From the NCBI GenBank assembly GCA_963765675.1, contig CAVXXK010000006.1, positions 448,001 to 512,000 on the forward strand: a stretch of 64,000 nucleotides of DNA, read 5' to 3'. The translations under genes were made by a program, and so were the position numbers. The stretch comes from an uncultured delta proteobacterium (GTDB taxonomy: Bacteria; Desulfobacterota; Binatia; Binatales; Binataceae). The notes under the pieces were generated by a model. The model did not search any database, was not told the DNA's origin, and saw only the letters and a program-made list of their open reading frames with translations. Shown here in pieces: positions 1 to 10,070 of the stretch. Every line of letters begins with the position of its first letter. Position 1 is the first letter of the stretch.

Positions 1-1316
1 GTCTTCTTGGTCGCCTGATAAATCGCCTGCAGCCGATTCGAGGCGGTTTCGTCAGGACCGAAGACGCGGAAGTTATCGGGATTATTGCGCATCACGTCGC
101 GCAGAAATTCACCGAGCACGTACGTATTCTCGCCGTACGTCCGCGCCGGCTTCGTGACCTTGAGCGCGTACTTCCTGAAGCTCGGGAGCTTGAGCGGACG
201 GCGCAGAAGCCCGGGGTTGCTGTGAGGATTGGCGCTGATCCGTCGGTTTCCCGACGGCGCGAGCTGCTTGAGCTCGGGAATCAGCGCGCCCCCCTCATCG
301 AACAGCTTCTCGGGATGATAACTGCGCATCCATTTTTCCAGCAGCCTCAGATGCTTCGGGTTCTCGATCACGTCGGGAATCGGCACCTGATGCGATCGCC
401 ACGAACCTTCGAGTTTGTGCCCGTCGAGCGTCTTCGGATCGGTCCATCCCTTCGGCGTGCGCAGGATGATCATCGGCCATCGCGGGCGCGGCTGACGCTC
501 CGCCGCGCTTTTGGTCCGCGCCTGCTTCTGGATTTTGTGAATCGAGGCAACGCTGGCCTCGAGCGCCGCCGCCATCGCCTGATGCACCAGCTTCGGATCG
601 TCGCCCTCGACCACGTGCGGAGCGTAGCCGTATCCAACCATCAGGCTATGCAACTCCTCAGGCGGGATACGCGCGAGGACCGTAGGGTTGGCGATCTTGT
701 AACCATTCAGATGCAGGATCGGCAGCACCGCGCCGTCACGCACCGGGTTCAGGAATTTGTTGAAGTGCCACGAGGTCGCGAGCGGTCCCGTCTCCGACTC
801 GCCATCACCGACCACCGCCGCCACGATCAGATTCGGATTATCGAAAGCCGCCCCGGCCGCGTGCGACAGGCTGTAGCCCAATTCGCCGCCCTCGTGGATC
901 GAGCCGGGAGTTTCCGGAGTGCAATGGCTCCCGACTCCGCCCGGCGACGAGAACATCCGAAAGAACTCGCGCATCCCCTCCTCGTCTTGGCTCCGATCGG
1001 GATAGACCTCGGAATAAACCCCTTCCAGATACGAGTTCGCGAGCGTCGCCGGAGCGCCGTGGCCCGGGCCCGAAATGTAGAGGACGTTCAGATCGAGCTT
1101 CTTGATGAGCCGGTTCAGATGCACCCAGACCAGCGATTGTCCCGGATCCGTCCCCCAATGCCCCAGCAGCCGCCGCTTTATATGTTCGGCCTTGAGCGGC
1201 TTTCTGAGCAACGGGTTGCCGCGCAAATAGAGCATCCCGACGCAAAGGTAATTAGCCGCGCGCCAATATGCGTCGATCGCTTCGACTTCCTGCGAAGACA
1301 GAACCTGCTTCATCAT
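1..1316 (-). CDS. xfp: Phosphoketolase (xylulose-5-P/fructose-6-P), 5' part; runs off the window edge
   Basis: Missing from the ORF track. Manual translation gives [59 protein letters not shown], later [19 protein letters not shown] upstream. Confidence 0.93.
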   Translation of the reverse strand, partial: MMKQVLSSQEVEAIDAYWRAANYLCVGMLYLRGNPLLRKPLKAEHIKRRLLGHWGTDPGQSLVWVHLNRLIKKLDLNVLYISGPGHGAPATLANSYLEGVYSEVYPDRSQDEEGMREFFRMFSSPGGVGSHCTPETPGSIHEGGELGYSLSHAAGAAFDNPNLIVAAVVGDGESETGPLATSWHFNKFLNPVRDGAVLPILHLNGYKIANPTVLARIPPEELHSLMVGYGYAPHVVEGDDPKLVHQAMAAALEASVASIHKIQKQARTKSAAERQPRPRWPMIILRTPKGWTDPKTLDGHKLEGSWRSHQVPIPDVIENPKHLRLLEKWMRSYHPEKLFDEGGALIPELKQLAPSGNRRISANPHSNPGLLRRPLKLPSFRKYALKVTKPARTYGENTYVLGEFLRDVMRNNPDNFRVFGPDETASNRLQAIYQATKK

Positions 1317-1360
1317 AACCTCATGGGGTTCAGGGGGGCGCAGCGTGCTCGCGCGCGCGA

Positions 1361-1789
1361 TTACTCCCGGATCGTCATTACCGGGCACGCGGCCTTGCGC
1401 ACTACCGCTTCGGCGACGCTACCGAGAATCATGCGCTTTAAGCCTTTGCGGCCATGCGTCGCGATCACGATCAGATCGGGTTTATGTTTGATCTCGGCCT
1501 CCATGATGCAGCCGACGACGTCGCCGGTATATATGAGCGCTTCGTGTTTTATGCCGGAGAGTTTCTGCTTCACGATATCCTCGAGCTTGGCGCGCGCGGA
1601 CTTCTCCTGGTCCGCGATCATCGCAGGAGGCGCGTAGATCTCGCCCGAGGTGAGCACCAGCTCCAGCACATGAACCAGGATGATCGAGCTGCCAAAGTGG
1701 CGTGCGAGCTCGGCCGCCTTATCAAGCGCGACCAGAGAATTGTCGTCGAAATCGACCGGACAAAGGATCGTTTTATAGGTTAAAGCCAT
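1361..1789 (-). CDS. Universal stress protein (UspA family)
   Basis: [10 protein letters not shown]...[36 protein letters not shown] is the USP signature. Confidence 0.95.
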   Translation of the reverse strand: MALTYKTILCPVDFDDNSLVALDKAAELARHFGSSIILVHVLELVLTSGEIYAPPAMIADQEKSARAKLEDIVKQKLSGIKHEALIYTGDVVGCIMEAEIKHKPDLIVIATHGRKGLKRMILGSVAEAVVRKAACPVMTIRE

Positions 1790-2067
1790 TTGAATCTCCT
1801 TCCCGAATCACCAAGCGCATCGGGTCAAGCAGGCCCTCACAATTCAAATCTAGAAGCGGCTCTGCCACAAATTGAAGATGACAGGATACGTCTGTTCAAT
1901 AGGATACGCTGATCCCCGATTCTCTTCTCATGAAGATTTGGCTCGTCGCGAAATCGAGCGCCGCAATGCGCCGCGTCCCTATAGTCCACACCCTGCCGCC
2001 CCGTTCTGTCTGCGCCCGCTGGCGCAACGATATGCTTCGATAAGGAGGAACCGCTCTGCTAAGACCA

Positions 2068-3459
2068 ATGGACGTGCCCTGTTCTTTCATCAGGATATTT
2101 TTGACTGCGGCAGCCGGTCTGCTCGGTGCGATTCTCGCCTCGTCACCTGCGCTCGCCCAAATCAACTACGCGACCGGCAATGATACCGTCTTCGCGCATT
2201 CTCAAACGCTTCCGTGGTGGCTGTCCGCGCAAGGCAATTTCATCTTCCAATGGCATCCTAGCTTTCCCGCCGCCTACAGCGGTCCCCACAGCTTCGAGCA
2301 TGCTTCCGAACAGGCCGCTTCCGAAGTCACCACTGTCTACACCGGTCTCGAGTTGTCTCCGACGCTGGAAGCCGTAGCTGACGTCGAAAGCGCGGGAGGC
2401 AGCGGCCTGAGTCAGACTCTCGGGCTGGCCGGGTTCCCCAACCTCGACGCGGTTCGAGACCCTAGCCTGAGCGCGGTTCCTTATTTGGCCCGGCTCTGGT
2501 ATCGCGAAGTCATCCCCCTGAGCGACGAAACGGTCACCGTCGAGCGCGGTCCCCTTTCGATCCTCACCACGCTGCCGGTGCGGCGGCTCGATATTCACGT
2601 CGGCAAGTTCGACCTGGTGGACTTCTTCGATCTCAACAGTGTCGCCAACGACAGCCATATGCAGTTCATGAACTGGACCGTCGTAAACAACGGCGCCTAC
2701 GATTACGCCGCCGATACGCGCGGCTACACCTACGGTGGCGTCATCGACTACGAAGATCGATGGTGGGGCTTTCGCTTCGCCGAGGCCCTTGTATCCAAGC
2801 GGCCCAACGGCCTGAACCTTCAAAAGAATCTGCAGGACGCGCATTCGGAGAACTACGAACTGGAGTTTCGTCCGAGATTGCTGAAAACCCGCGAGACCGC
2901 CGTTCGCCTGCTCGCGTTCACCAATTTCTCCAACATGGGTGACTACAACCAAGCGATCGATCTGTTCGAGGAGGGAAAAACTCCGGTCCCGGAGATCACC
3001 GACCACCCACGGCAAACGAAACTGAAATATGGATTCGGCATCAACGCGGAGCAGGAATTCACCGAGTATCTAAGAGGCTTCTTTCGCGCGGGGTGGAATG
3101 ACGGCCAGCATGAATCTTTCAACTACACCGAGGTGAACGATACGGTCGCGTTCGGCGGCGATCTCCGCGGCAGCCTTTGGAATCGTCCCGAAGACAAGTT
3201 TGGGGTGGCATTTGTCGGTAACGGAATCTCCAAGCCCCACCAAGAGTATCTCGCTCTGGGCGGACTCGGCTTCCTCTTGGGTGACGGCGCGCTCAACTAC
3301 GGTCCGGAGAAGATCATGGAGTGCTACTACAACTTCCCAATCCCGTTGCACGCCGGTTTCTTTGCAGCCTTCGACTTCCAATACATTGACAACCCCGGCT
3401 ACAACCGCGATCGCGGTCCGGTCGTCGTTCCGGGAATGCGCCTGCACGTCGAACTCTGA
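2068..3459 (+). CDS. OprB-type carbohydrate-selective / high-affinity Mn2+ porin-like outer-membrane protein
   Basis: Signal peptide; GKFDLVDFFD, GAYDYAADTRGYTYG, YLALGGLGFLLGDGALNYG and C-terminal NPGYNRDRGPV...RLHVEL motifs. Confidence 0.8.
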   Translation: MDVPCSFIRIFLTAAAGLLGAILASSPALAQINYATGNDTVFAHSQTLPWWLSAQGNFIFQWHPSFPAAYSGPHSFEHASEQAASEVTTVYTGLELSPTLEAVADVESAGGSGLSQTLGLAGFPNLDAVRDPSLSAVPYLARLWYREVIPLSDETVTVERGPLSILTTLPVRRLDIHVGKFDLVDFFDLNSVANDSHMQFMNWTVVNNGAYDYAADTRGYTYGGVIDYEDRWWGFRFAEALVSKRPNGLNLQKNLQDAHSENYELEFRPRLLKTRETAVRLLAFTNFSNMGDYNQAIDLFEEGKTPVPEITDHPRQTKLKYGFGINAEQEFTEYLRGFFRAGWNDGQHESFNYTEVNDTVAFGGDLRGSLWNRPEDKFGVAFVGNGISKPHQEYLALGGLGFLLGDGALNYGPEKIMECYYNFPIPLHAGFFAAFDFQYIDNPGYNRDRGPVVVPGMRLHVEL

Positions 3460-3536
3460 CTTACCTGCTGTTCGTCAGGCGAAGTCGTCCATTGGCGCTA
3501 CGCGCTAGCACTGGCTGAGGCCTGTGCCACTGGAAT

Positions 3537-5774
3537 CTACTTTGGGTCGTCCGGAATCAGCTTGAGCTTGCCCTGGCGGACCGGACGCTTGCCCGCACCG
3601 GCGGCGGCCATCGCGGCGCCGGTACCCTTGCGCGGACGCATCCTGATCGGCGCCTCAGGCGGCTTCTTCACTTGCACACGGTCGCGGCTCGGATCGCTCG
3701 CGTGCGTGCCCGCCGATCCTGCCGGCGCCTTGACCGGAGCCGGACGCACCGTGTCCATCCCGAAGGCTTTGCGTTCGAGCTTTTTGATCTGGTCGCGAAG
3801 CTCGGCGGCGTGCTCGTAGTCGAGCTTCTCAGCCGCTTCCATCATCTCCTGGCGCAGCGCGCTGATTCGCTCGGGCAGCTCATGCGCGGGCAGCATCTCC
3901 TCGTCGCTCGGCTTGTCGTCAATCTCCGGCACGACGGCCCACTCGGGCGAGTACATCTCGACCAGCGACGCATCGATCGCCTTGATGATCGTCGCCGGTG
4001 TGATGCCGTTAGCCTCGTTGTAGGCGAGCTGCTTGGCGCGGCGCCGATCGGTCTCGCCGATCGCCTTGGTCATCGAGTCCGTCATCCGATCGGCGTACAT
4101 CAGGACCAGCCCGTGCAGGTTTCGCGCGGCGCGTCCTATCGTCTGGATCAGCGAGCGCGCCGAGCGCAGGTAGCCTTCCTTGTCGGCGTCCAGGATCGCG
4201 ACCAGCGAAACCTCGGGCAGGTCGAGCCCCTCGCGCAGCAGGTTGATCCCGACCAGCACGTCAAAGTCGCCCTTGCGCAGTCCGCGGATAATCTCGACCC
4301 GCTCGATCGTCTCGATATCCGAATGCAGATAGCGCACGCGGATGCCGAGGTCGTGGTAATAGTCGGTCAGATCCTCGGCCATCTTTTTCGTAAGACAGGT
4401 GACGAGCACGCGCTCGCCCACCGCGACGCGCTTGTGAATCTCCTCGAGCAGATCATCGACTTGCGTGCCGGCCTTCCGCACTTCTATTTTCGGATCGATA
4501 AGTCCCGTCGGGCGTATGAGCTGCTCGACGATCAGCCCGCCCGAGCGCTGTTGCTCATAATCGCCCGGAGTCGCCGACACGTAGATCGCCTGGTTAACGT
4601 GCGATTCCCATTCCTCGAAATTCAGTGGACGGTTGTCGAGCGCCGACGGCAGGCGGAATCCGAAGTCGACCAGCGTCTGTTTGCGCGAGCGATCGCCGCG
4701 GTACATCCCGCCGATCTGCGGCACGGTGACGTGGCTCTCGTCGATAAAGAAGATCGATTCCTTGGGAAAGTAGTCGAGCAAGGTCGGCGGCGGATCTCCG
4801 GGCGCACGCCCGGTCAGATGGCGCGAGTAGTTTTCGATCCCCGGACAGAAACCCATCTCGGCCAGCAGCTCGAGATCGTACATCGTGCGCTGTTCGAGCC
4901 GCTGCGCTTCCAGCAATTTGTTCTCGGAGCGGAAGAGTTCGAGCCGGGCTTTCAGCTCCTCGCGAATCCCGACCACCGCGCGCTCCATCCGATCCGAAGT
5001 CGTCACGTAGTGCGAGGCTGGATAGACCGCGACCGCCTGCAGCTTGCGCAGCACCTTCCCGCGCAGCGCGTCGATCTCGTAAAGCGCCTCGACCTGGTCG
5101 CCAAAGAACTCAATTCGCACCGCGCGCTGTTCTTCATACGCGGGGAAGATCTCGACCGTGTCGCCGCGCACGCGAAAGGTCCCGCGATGGAAATCATAAT
5201 CGTTGCGCTGGTAGGCGATATCGACCAGTTTGCGCAGCACGCGGTCGCGCTCTATCGTCTGCCCTTCTTCGAGGAACACTACCGTCTCGAAATATACTTC
5301 CGGCTCGCCCAAACCGTAGATGCACGAGACCGACGCCACGATTAGCACGTCGTTGCGCTCGAGCAGCGCCTTGGTGGCCGAGTGGCGCAGCTTGTCGATC
5401 TCGTCGTTGATGCTCGAGTCCTTCTCGATAAACGTGTCGGTCGAGGGGACGTAAGCCTCGGGCTGGTAGTAGTCGTAATAAGAGACGAAGTATCGGACCG
5501 CGTTGTCGGGGAACAGGCTCTTGAATTCGTTGTAGAGCTGCGCGGCGAGGGTCTTGTTCGGCGCCATCACCAGCGCCGGCCGATTCACCTGCGCGATGAC
5601 ATTCGCCATCGTGAAGGTCTTGCCTGAGCCGGTCACGCCGAGCAGCACCTGATGCGGCACCGCCTGGCGCAGGTTGCCGACGATCGCCTCGATCGCAGCG
5701 GGCTGGTCGCCCTCGGGCTTGTAGCCCGAGACCAGCCGGAAGCTGCCTTCTTTACCGCGCGCAAGTGGAAGCAT
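3537..5774 (-). CDS. uvrB: Excinuclease ABC subunit B
   Basis: [52 protein letters not shown] and a C-terminal UVR motif. Confidence 0.98.
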   Translation of the reverse strand: MLPLARGKEGSFRLVSGYKPEGDQPAAIEAIVGNLRQAVPHQVLLGVTGSGKTFTMANVIAQVNRPALVMAPNKTLAAQLYNEFKSLFPDNAVRYFVSYYDYYQPEAYVPSTDTFIEKDSSINDEIDKLRHSATKALLERNDVLIVASVSCIYGLGEPEVYFETVVFLEEGQTIERDRVLRKLVDIAYQRNDYDFHRGTFRVRGDTVEIFPAYEEQRAVRIEFFGDQVEALYEIDALRGKVLRKLQAVAVYPASHYVTTSDRMERAVVGIREELKARLELFRSENKLLEAQRLEQRTMYDLELLAEMGFCPGIENYSRHLTGRAPGDPPPTLLDYFPKESIFFIDESHVTVPQIGGMYRGDRSRKQTLVDFGFRLPSALDNRPLNFEEWESHVNQAIYVSATPGDYEQQRSGGLIVEQLIRPTGLIDPKIEVRKAGTQVDDLLEEIHKRVAVGERVLVTCLTKKMAEDLTDYYHDLGIRVRYLHSDIETIERVEIIRGLRKGDFDVLVGINLLREGLDLPEVSLVAILDADKEGYLRSARSLIQTIGRAARNLHGLVLMYADRMTDSMTKAIGETDRRRAKQLAYNEANGITPATIIKAIDASLVEMYSPEWAVVPEIDDKPSDEEMLPAHELPERISALRQEMMEAAEKLDYEHAAELRDQIKKLERKAFGMDTVRPAPVKAPAGSAGTHASDPSRDRVQVKKPPEAPIRMRPRKGTGAAMAAAGAGKRPVRQGKLKLIPDDPK

Positions 5775-6167
5775 AGCGACAGAGTAATTCTAGCATCCCC
5801 GGGCGCGATCGTCGAAACGCGTTGCGATTGGCCCCGCACCCGTCGTTTGCTTCGGGCACCAAATCGTATGCGGAGGCGCCCAATTACTCCATTCTGGCCG
5901 GAAAGAATTACCCGCCAGCCCCTCGTGGAGCACAGAAATAATCTCGTCCTTGATGAGGGTTTCTGATAGAAGAATGCTTAATCCAGACGGCGGCGACGAT
6001 GGCATATCGATTGCTCGTTTTCGCCATATCGCTATAACTGGCGCGGCAAATTAACGAGGGTTCAGAAACCTCAGATGAGTTGAAACCGGTGATTCGGGCG
6101 ATCGTATTCGAAAAGGTGAACCTGCCTTTCGCGATGATCCCTGCCTCCCCACAACGGAGAACAACCG

Positions 6168-6566
6168 ATGAAGAGTATGCTCACAATCATGGCCGCTGCG
6201 CTGCTCGCGATAGCGACCGCTGGCCCGGCGTTCGCGCAAGTGCGCCAGTACGACGCCGACTTCAACAACTACTTGAGCCATCATCCCAACGAGGCGGCTC
6301 AAATCCAGGCTAATCCCCGCCTGATCGACGATCCGACCTACATCAAGAACCATCCCGGGCTGAACCAATACCTGGACAACCATCCCAACGTCCGCAAAAC
6401 CATTCGAGCGCAATCCCGCGGAGAAATGATGCATGGCGGTCCCGTCCCCGGAACGTACGCCGGACACGGTCCGGGCGACTACGATTCGAACCATGTGTGG
6501 CGCGATCAGGGATGGTGGCAGAAAAATCATCCGGACGTGTGGGCCAGGCGGCATCCTAATCACTAG
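6168..6566 (+). CDS. Secreted His/Trp/Asn-rich hypothetical protein (paralog 1)
   Basis: GGAG RBS; signal peptide ending AFA; HP-repeat domain and one GDYD..HVWR...WW module; paralog immediately downstream. Confidence 0.85.
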   Translation: MKSMLTIMAAALLAIATAGPAFAQVRQYDADFNNYLSHHPNEAAQIQANPRLIDDPTYIKNHPGLNQYLDNHPNVRKTIRAQSRGEMMHGGPVPGTYAGHGPGDYDSNHVWRDQGWWQKNHPDVWARRHPNH

Positions 6567-6604
6567 ATGATGATCGCCGTTCCTAAAGCGATGGAGGAAA
6601 AACG

Positions 6605-7183
6605 ATGAAGAGTATGCTCACAATCATGGCCGCTGCACTCGTGGCGATAGCGACCGCTGGCCCGGCGTTCGCGCAAGTGCGCCAGTACGACGCCGACTTC
6701 AACAATTATTTGAACCATCATCCCAACGAAGCGGCGCAGCTTCGGGCCAATCCCGGGTTGATCGACAACCCGACCTATATCCATAACCATCCCGGACTGA
6801 ACACCTATCTGAACAACCATCCCAATGTCCGCCGGACGATTCGCGGACAGACCAACGGAATGGTCGGTGCTCCAGGACCGTACGCGGCGCGTGGGTATGG
6901 CGACTACGACGAGCACCATGTGTGGCGTAGCTCGGATTGGTGGCAGCAGAACAATCCCGGATGGTGGCGCGAGCATCATCCGGAATGGGCCGCGAATCAT
7001 CCGCATTGGTACCCCGACGGCGACTACGACGATAATCATGTGTGGCGCGATTCAGGATGGTGGCAGAAGAATCATCCTCAGGACTGGAGCAAGTGGCATC
7101 ATGGCAATGAGGTCGGCCATGACAATGGCGTTGGCCATGGACATGGCCATGACAATGACCATCACGACAATGACCACCACTAG
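6605..7183 (+). CDS. Secreted His/Trp/Asn-rich hypothetical protein (paralog 2) with His/Asp tail
   Basis: GGAGG RBS; near-identical N-terminus to paralog 1; two GDYD..HVWR...WW modules; GHDN/GH-rich C-terminus. Confidence 0.87.
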   Translation: MKSMLTIMAAALVAIATAGPAFAQVRQYDADFNNYLNHHPNEAAQLRANPGLIDNPTYIHNHPGLNTYLNNHPNVRRTIRGQTNGMVGAPGPYAARGYGDYDEHHVWRSSDWWQQNNPGWWREHHPEWAANHPHWYPDGDYDDNHVWRDSGWWQKNHPQDWSKWHHGNEVGHDNGVGHGHGHDNDHHDNDHH

Positions 7184-7222
7184 ATCGCGATCGCTGGACA
7201 GCGGAGAAAGCGCATAAAAGAT

Positions 7223-7253
7223 GGCCGGGCCGCATCTGCGGCTCGGCCTTTCT
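7223..7253 (+). terminator. Rho-independent terminator
   Basis: GGCCGGGCCGCA-TC-TGCGGCTCGGCC stem followed by TTTCT. Confidence 0.6.
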
Positions 7254-7467
7254 ATAGAAGCATCGGGGCGATTCAGGTGACGATTTGGGGTTGGGCGGCG
7301 GGAAATAAGACGCCAGAACCGTGTGAGAAAAAATTGGGGTCCCTAGTTGCATTCAGGGGCGGAATATAACTATATTTGCTCCGCAATTACGAGTTAATGA
7401 CGCGATGTCGCGGCGAGTGAGGGGTTTCTAGCACCGCGCCAACACGCACTTGGGCAGGGAGGAGTTC

Positions 7468-8178
7468 ATGAGACGACAGTCAGGCTTGATCAAAACCGTA
7501 GTCGCGTTAGCCGGTGCAACGTTAGCCGTCAGCGCGCTCGGTGGATGCGCGTCCATGCGCCAGCCACGCAGTTGGGGATCGTGCGCGCTTATCGGTGCCG
7601 CGGCAGGCGCTGCGGCAGGTGCTGCATCGGGAATCGTAATCGCCGACAACAGCACGCGCGCGAACTCGTCAAGCGACGCAAGAGTTTTCTCGGGTCTCGG
7701 CGGCGCCGCGATTGGTGCGGGTCTCGGTGCGCTCGCGGGACATTACATTTGCGATCCTATAATCCAGCCGCCGCCACCACCGCCTCCGCCGCCACCGCCT
7801 CCGCCGCCTCCGCCACCGCCGCCTCCGCCACCGGTTAAGCAGAAGATCGTTCTGCGCGGCGTGCACTTCGACTTTAACAAGTCGAACATCCGCCCGGGTG
7901 ACGCTGCTGTGCTGGATGAAGCTGCGGCGACCTTGCAGTCTAACCCGAACGTCAAGATTGACGTGAACGGATACTGCGACGCGATCGGCGGCGAAGAGTA
8001 CAACCTCAAGCTGTCCGATCGACGGTCCGACGCGGTCGCGAGCTACCTTGAAGGCAAGGGAATCTCGGCCGATCGGTTGATTCCGCACGGATACGGCAAG
8101 ACCGACTTCGTCGCGCCGAATGACACCGCGGAGGGTCGTGCACAGAACCGCCGTGTCGAACTGGTGCCGCTCGACTAA
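7468..8178 (+). CDS. OmpA-family lipoprotein with glycine zipper and 22-Pro linker
   Basis: GGAGGAG RBS; lipobox LGGC; VHFDFNKS...YNLKLSDRRS...GYG...NDTAEGRAQNRRVEL OmpA C-domain. Confidence 0.93.
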   Translation: MRRQSGLIKTVVALAGATLAVSALGGCASMRQPRSWGSCALIGAAAGAAAGAASGIVIADNSTRANSSSDARVFSGLGGAAIGAGLGALAGHYICDPIIQPPPPPPPPPPPPPPPPPPPPPPVKQKIVLRGVHFDFNKSNIRPGDAAVLDEAAATLQSNPNVKIDVNGYCDAIGGEEYNLKLSDRRSDAVASYLEGKGISADRLIPHGYGKTDFVAPNDTAEGRAQNRRVELVPLD

Positions 8179-8210
8179 GGTCGCGCCACCTTCCGATTAG
8201 TAGGTCTGAA

Positions 8211-8252
8211 ACGGCCGGAGCTCCCAAGCGGAGCTCCGGCCGTACTTTTTTT
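8211..8252 (+). terminator. Rho-independent terminator
   Basis: Perfect 14-bp stem ACGGCCGGAGCTCC/GGAGCTCCGGCCGT followed by a T-tract. Confidence 0.9.
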
Positions 8253-8373
8253 CCGCCATCCGGCGCGCTTTCCTCCCAATCTGAAAAAGATTTACCCGAC
8301 AGGGGCTTCGATCGGTTCACAAATCGCGCCCGGGTACCTGACGAGGCTCGGCGAATTTGTTATATACCCGGGC

Positions 8374-9111
8374 ATGGCATCGCTACGTTTGCAGGCAATC
8401 ACCACCGCTGCGGCTCTGGCGCTGATCATTTCCGCATGGTCGCCGCTGGCGCGCGCGCAGGATCAATCGCAGGATCAGTCGGCAGGCGCTGGCGCTCCTC
8501 GCACCTATCCACCTGCCGCGATAGCACCGGACGTTACGCAGCGCGCAAATCAGGCCGCCTCGATTGCGGCTGGCGCGGCCGCAGACTCGACGCAGGGGTC
8601 TCCTAAGGCGGCATCGTCCACAGCAGCGAACCTGCAGCTTCCAAACGCGCTCGGAGGGCCGGCGGCGAATCCTTCACCGGTCGCGGCTGCGGCGCCTGCA
8701 AAGAAGACCCTGAAGGAACAGGTCAAGGCGGTGGTCAAAAGCCTGAACCCCGCGCGCCTCATGATGGACCGGCAGTACGCCAAGGCCTCGGCGGCCTTTC
8801 CGGCCTTCTGCAAAAGCTGGGAAGAGAAGCTCAAGGAACGCGAAAAGAACAATCTTGCACACATCGCGTGGCGCTTCGACAACGGGTTCGAGACCGCGCT
8901 CTATACGGGCTACAGCACGGTCGAGAGCTGCGAGTCGCATCAGTCAGCCCAGGGATTCTCGATCGGCAAGCTCAGCTACGAAGAATTTCATTATCTGATC
9001 AAGGCCAAGACGGTCGACGAGGCCAAGACCACCAAGGCAACGCCGGTGGACGATACTCACACCACCGAAATCTTCCGCTGGGACAAGGGCGCCTGGTTCG
9101 ACTTTCAGTGA
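8374..9111 (+). CDS. Secreted hypothetical protein
   Basis: Signal peptide (ARA), Ala/Pro-rich linker, globular C-terminus with two Cys; typical codon usage. Confidence 0.75.
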   Translation: MASLRLQAITTAAALALIISAWSPLARAQDQSQDQSAGAGAPRTYPPAAIAPDVTQRANQAASIAAGAAADSTQGSPKAASSTAANLQLPNALGGPAANPSPVAAAAPAKKTLKEQVKAVVKSLNPARLMMDRQYAKASAAFPAFCKSWEEKLKEREKNNLAHIAWRFDNGFETALYTGYSTVESCESHQSAQGFSIGKLSYEEFHYLIKAKTVDEAKTTKATPVDDTHTTEIFRWDKGAWFDFQ

Positions 9112-9184
9112 TCGGGATTAGCCACGTCGCCCAATAGCAAATGACCCGGGCGACGCCGGTTCTCATAAAAGCTTTTATCGAATT

Positions 9185-9211
9185 GGCCGCCGTCTCGGCG
9201 GCCTCTTCTTT
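9185..9211. terminator. Hairpin terminator between convergent genes
   Basis: GGCCGCCG-TCT-CGGCGGCC followed by TCTTCTTT. Confidence 0.55.
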
Positions 9212-10038
9212 CAGGCGACCGGCGCGATACCCCAATTGATCGCGTTGCGCAAAAGCCGTCCGAAGGCATCGGTCTCCCACGCTCCGCGGAATTCGAGCGG
9301 CGTCTTGCCTGCCGGATCGATACTCGCGTCGACGAACGGCTGCACATTGGTGTATCGCGAATGGCAATGGCCCAGCGCCACATATGCGACCGCGCCGGCG
9401 CCAACCTTGCGCGTGAAGCCGAGCGCGCGAGTCTTTCCATCGGACAGCAACGAGGTGTCGCTATCGTAAACGAATCCGAAATTCGGCGCGGGATTCTTCG
9501 CAAGCTCCGTGGTGAGAAAGATCTCACTATGCGCCGGATCCTGCAGCTCGATCATGTAGAGCTCATCCATCACCTCGAAAGACGTCGGCAGACCTGCGGC
9601 GAGCGGATTCTCCTGCGCCACCTTCACGCGAAACTTCCGCGCGGGTGGATGATTCAAAAAGAACGCGCCGAGCGTCGCATGATGCGGCATCTTCACCATC
9701 TTGCGCACCCGCCGCGACTCGCCGACGGGAGCCGCCTTCCCGCCGCTCGTGCCGTGCAGCGCGAACCATCGTCCTCCCGCTTCGAGCCACTGCTTGAGCG
9801 CGGCGTTGCCGTCCTCATCGGGATAAGGACCAGCCGCGTAGGTGATGAGAAATCGCGAGGTCTCGAGCCATCGCGCGATATCGCGGTAATCGCTCGAGAC
9901 GGTGACTCGCGCGCGCGGCGTCTCGTGCAGCACTTCGAGCAGCTTGAGCCGCACATAGTCCATGTCGTGTCCGGCAGGCTCTCCGGGCGGAAAGCCGCCG
10001 ACCACCAGATGCACGCGGATCGGCTTGTCATCACTCAT
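9211..10038 (-). CDS. ThuA-like domain protein
   Basis: Probable start MSDDKPIRVHLVVGG; HD motif, GGRWFALHG, DELY and YVALGH; the longer ORF-track call is read-through in another frame of the ACAD gene. Confidence 0.8.
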   Translation of the reverse strand: MSDDKPIRVHLVVGGFPPGEPAGHDMDYVRLKLLEVLHETPRARVTVSSDYRDIARWLETSRFLITYAAGPYPDEDGNAALKQWLEAGGRWFALHGTSGGKAAPVGESRRVRKMVKMPHHATLGAFFLNHPPARKFRVKVAQENPLAAGLPTSFEVMDELYMIELQDPAHSEIFLTTELAKNPAPNFGFVYDSDTSLLSDGKTRALGFTRKVGAGAVAYVALGHCHSRYTNVQPFVDASIDPAGKTPLEFRGAWETDAFGRLLRNAINWGIAPVA

Positions 10039-10070
10039 CGCTGGCGTCCCTTGTTTATCGACAACGGCGA

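Noticed and set aside
222-1637. 471-aa + strand ORF
   Set aside because: Antisense shadow of phosphoketolase and USP; the real genes are on the - strand.
1872-1908. TTGAA..TTCAA dyad and AGGATACG direct repeat upstream of the porin
   Set aside because: Could be a regulator site but is too short to support; no metal riboswitch consensus recognised.
3672-5345. Long antisense ORFs (also 41416-43005, 50875-52539, 40182-41321)
   Set aside because: Mirror frames of well-identified genes, expected with high GC3 codon bias.
5954-6073. TGAGGGTTTCTGA / TCAGAAACCTCA inverted match in the uvrB-paralog intergenic region
   Set aside because: Short, imperfect and about 95 nt apart; no recognisable riboswitch or ncRNA fold.
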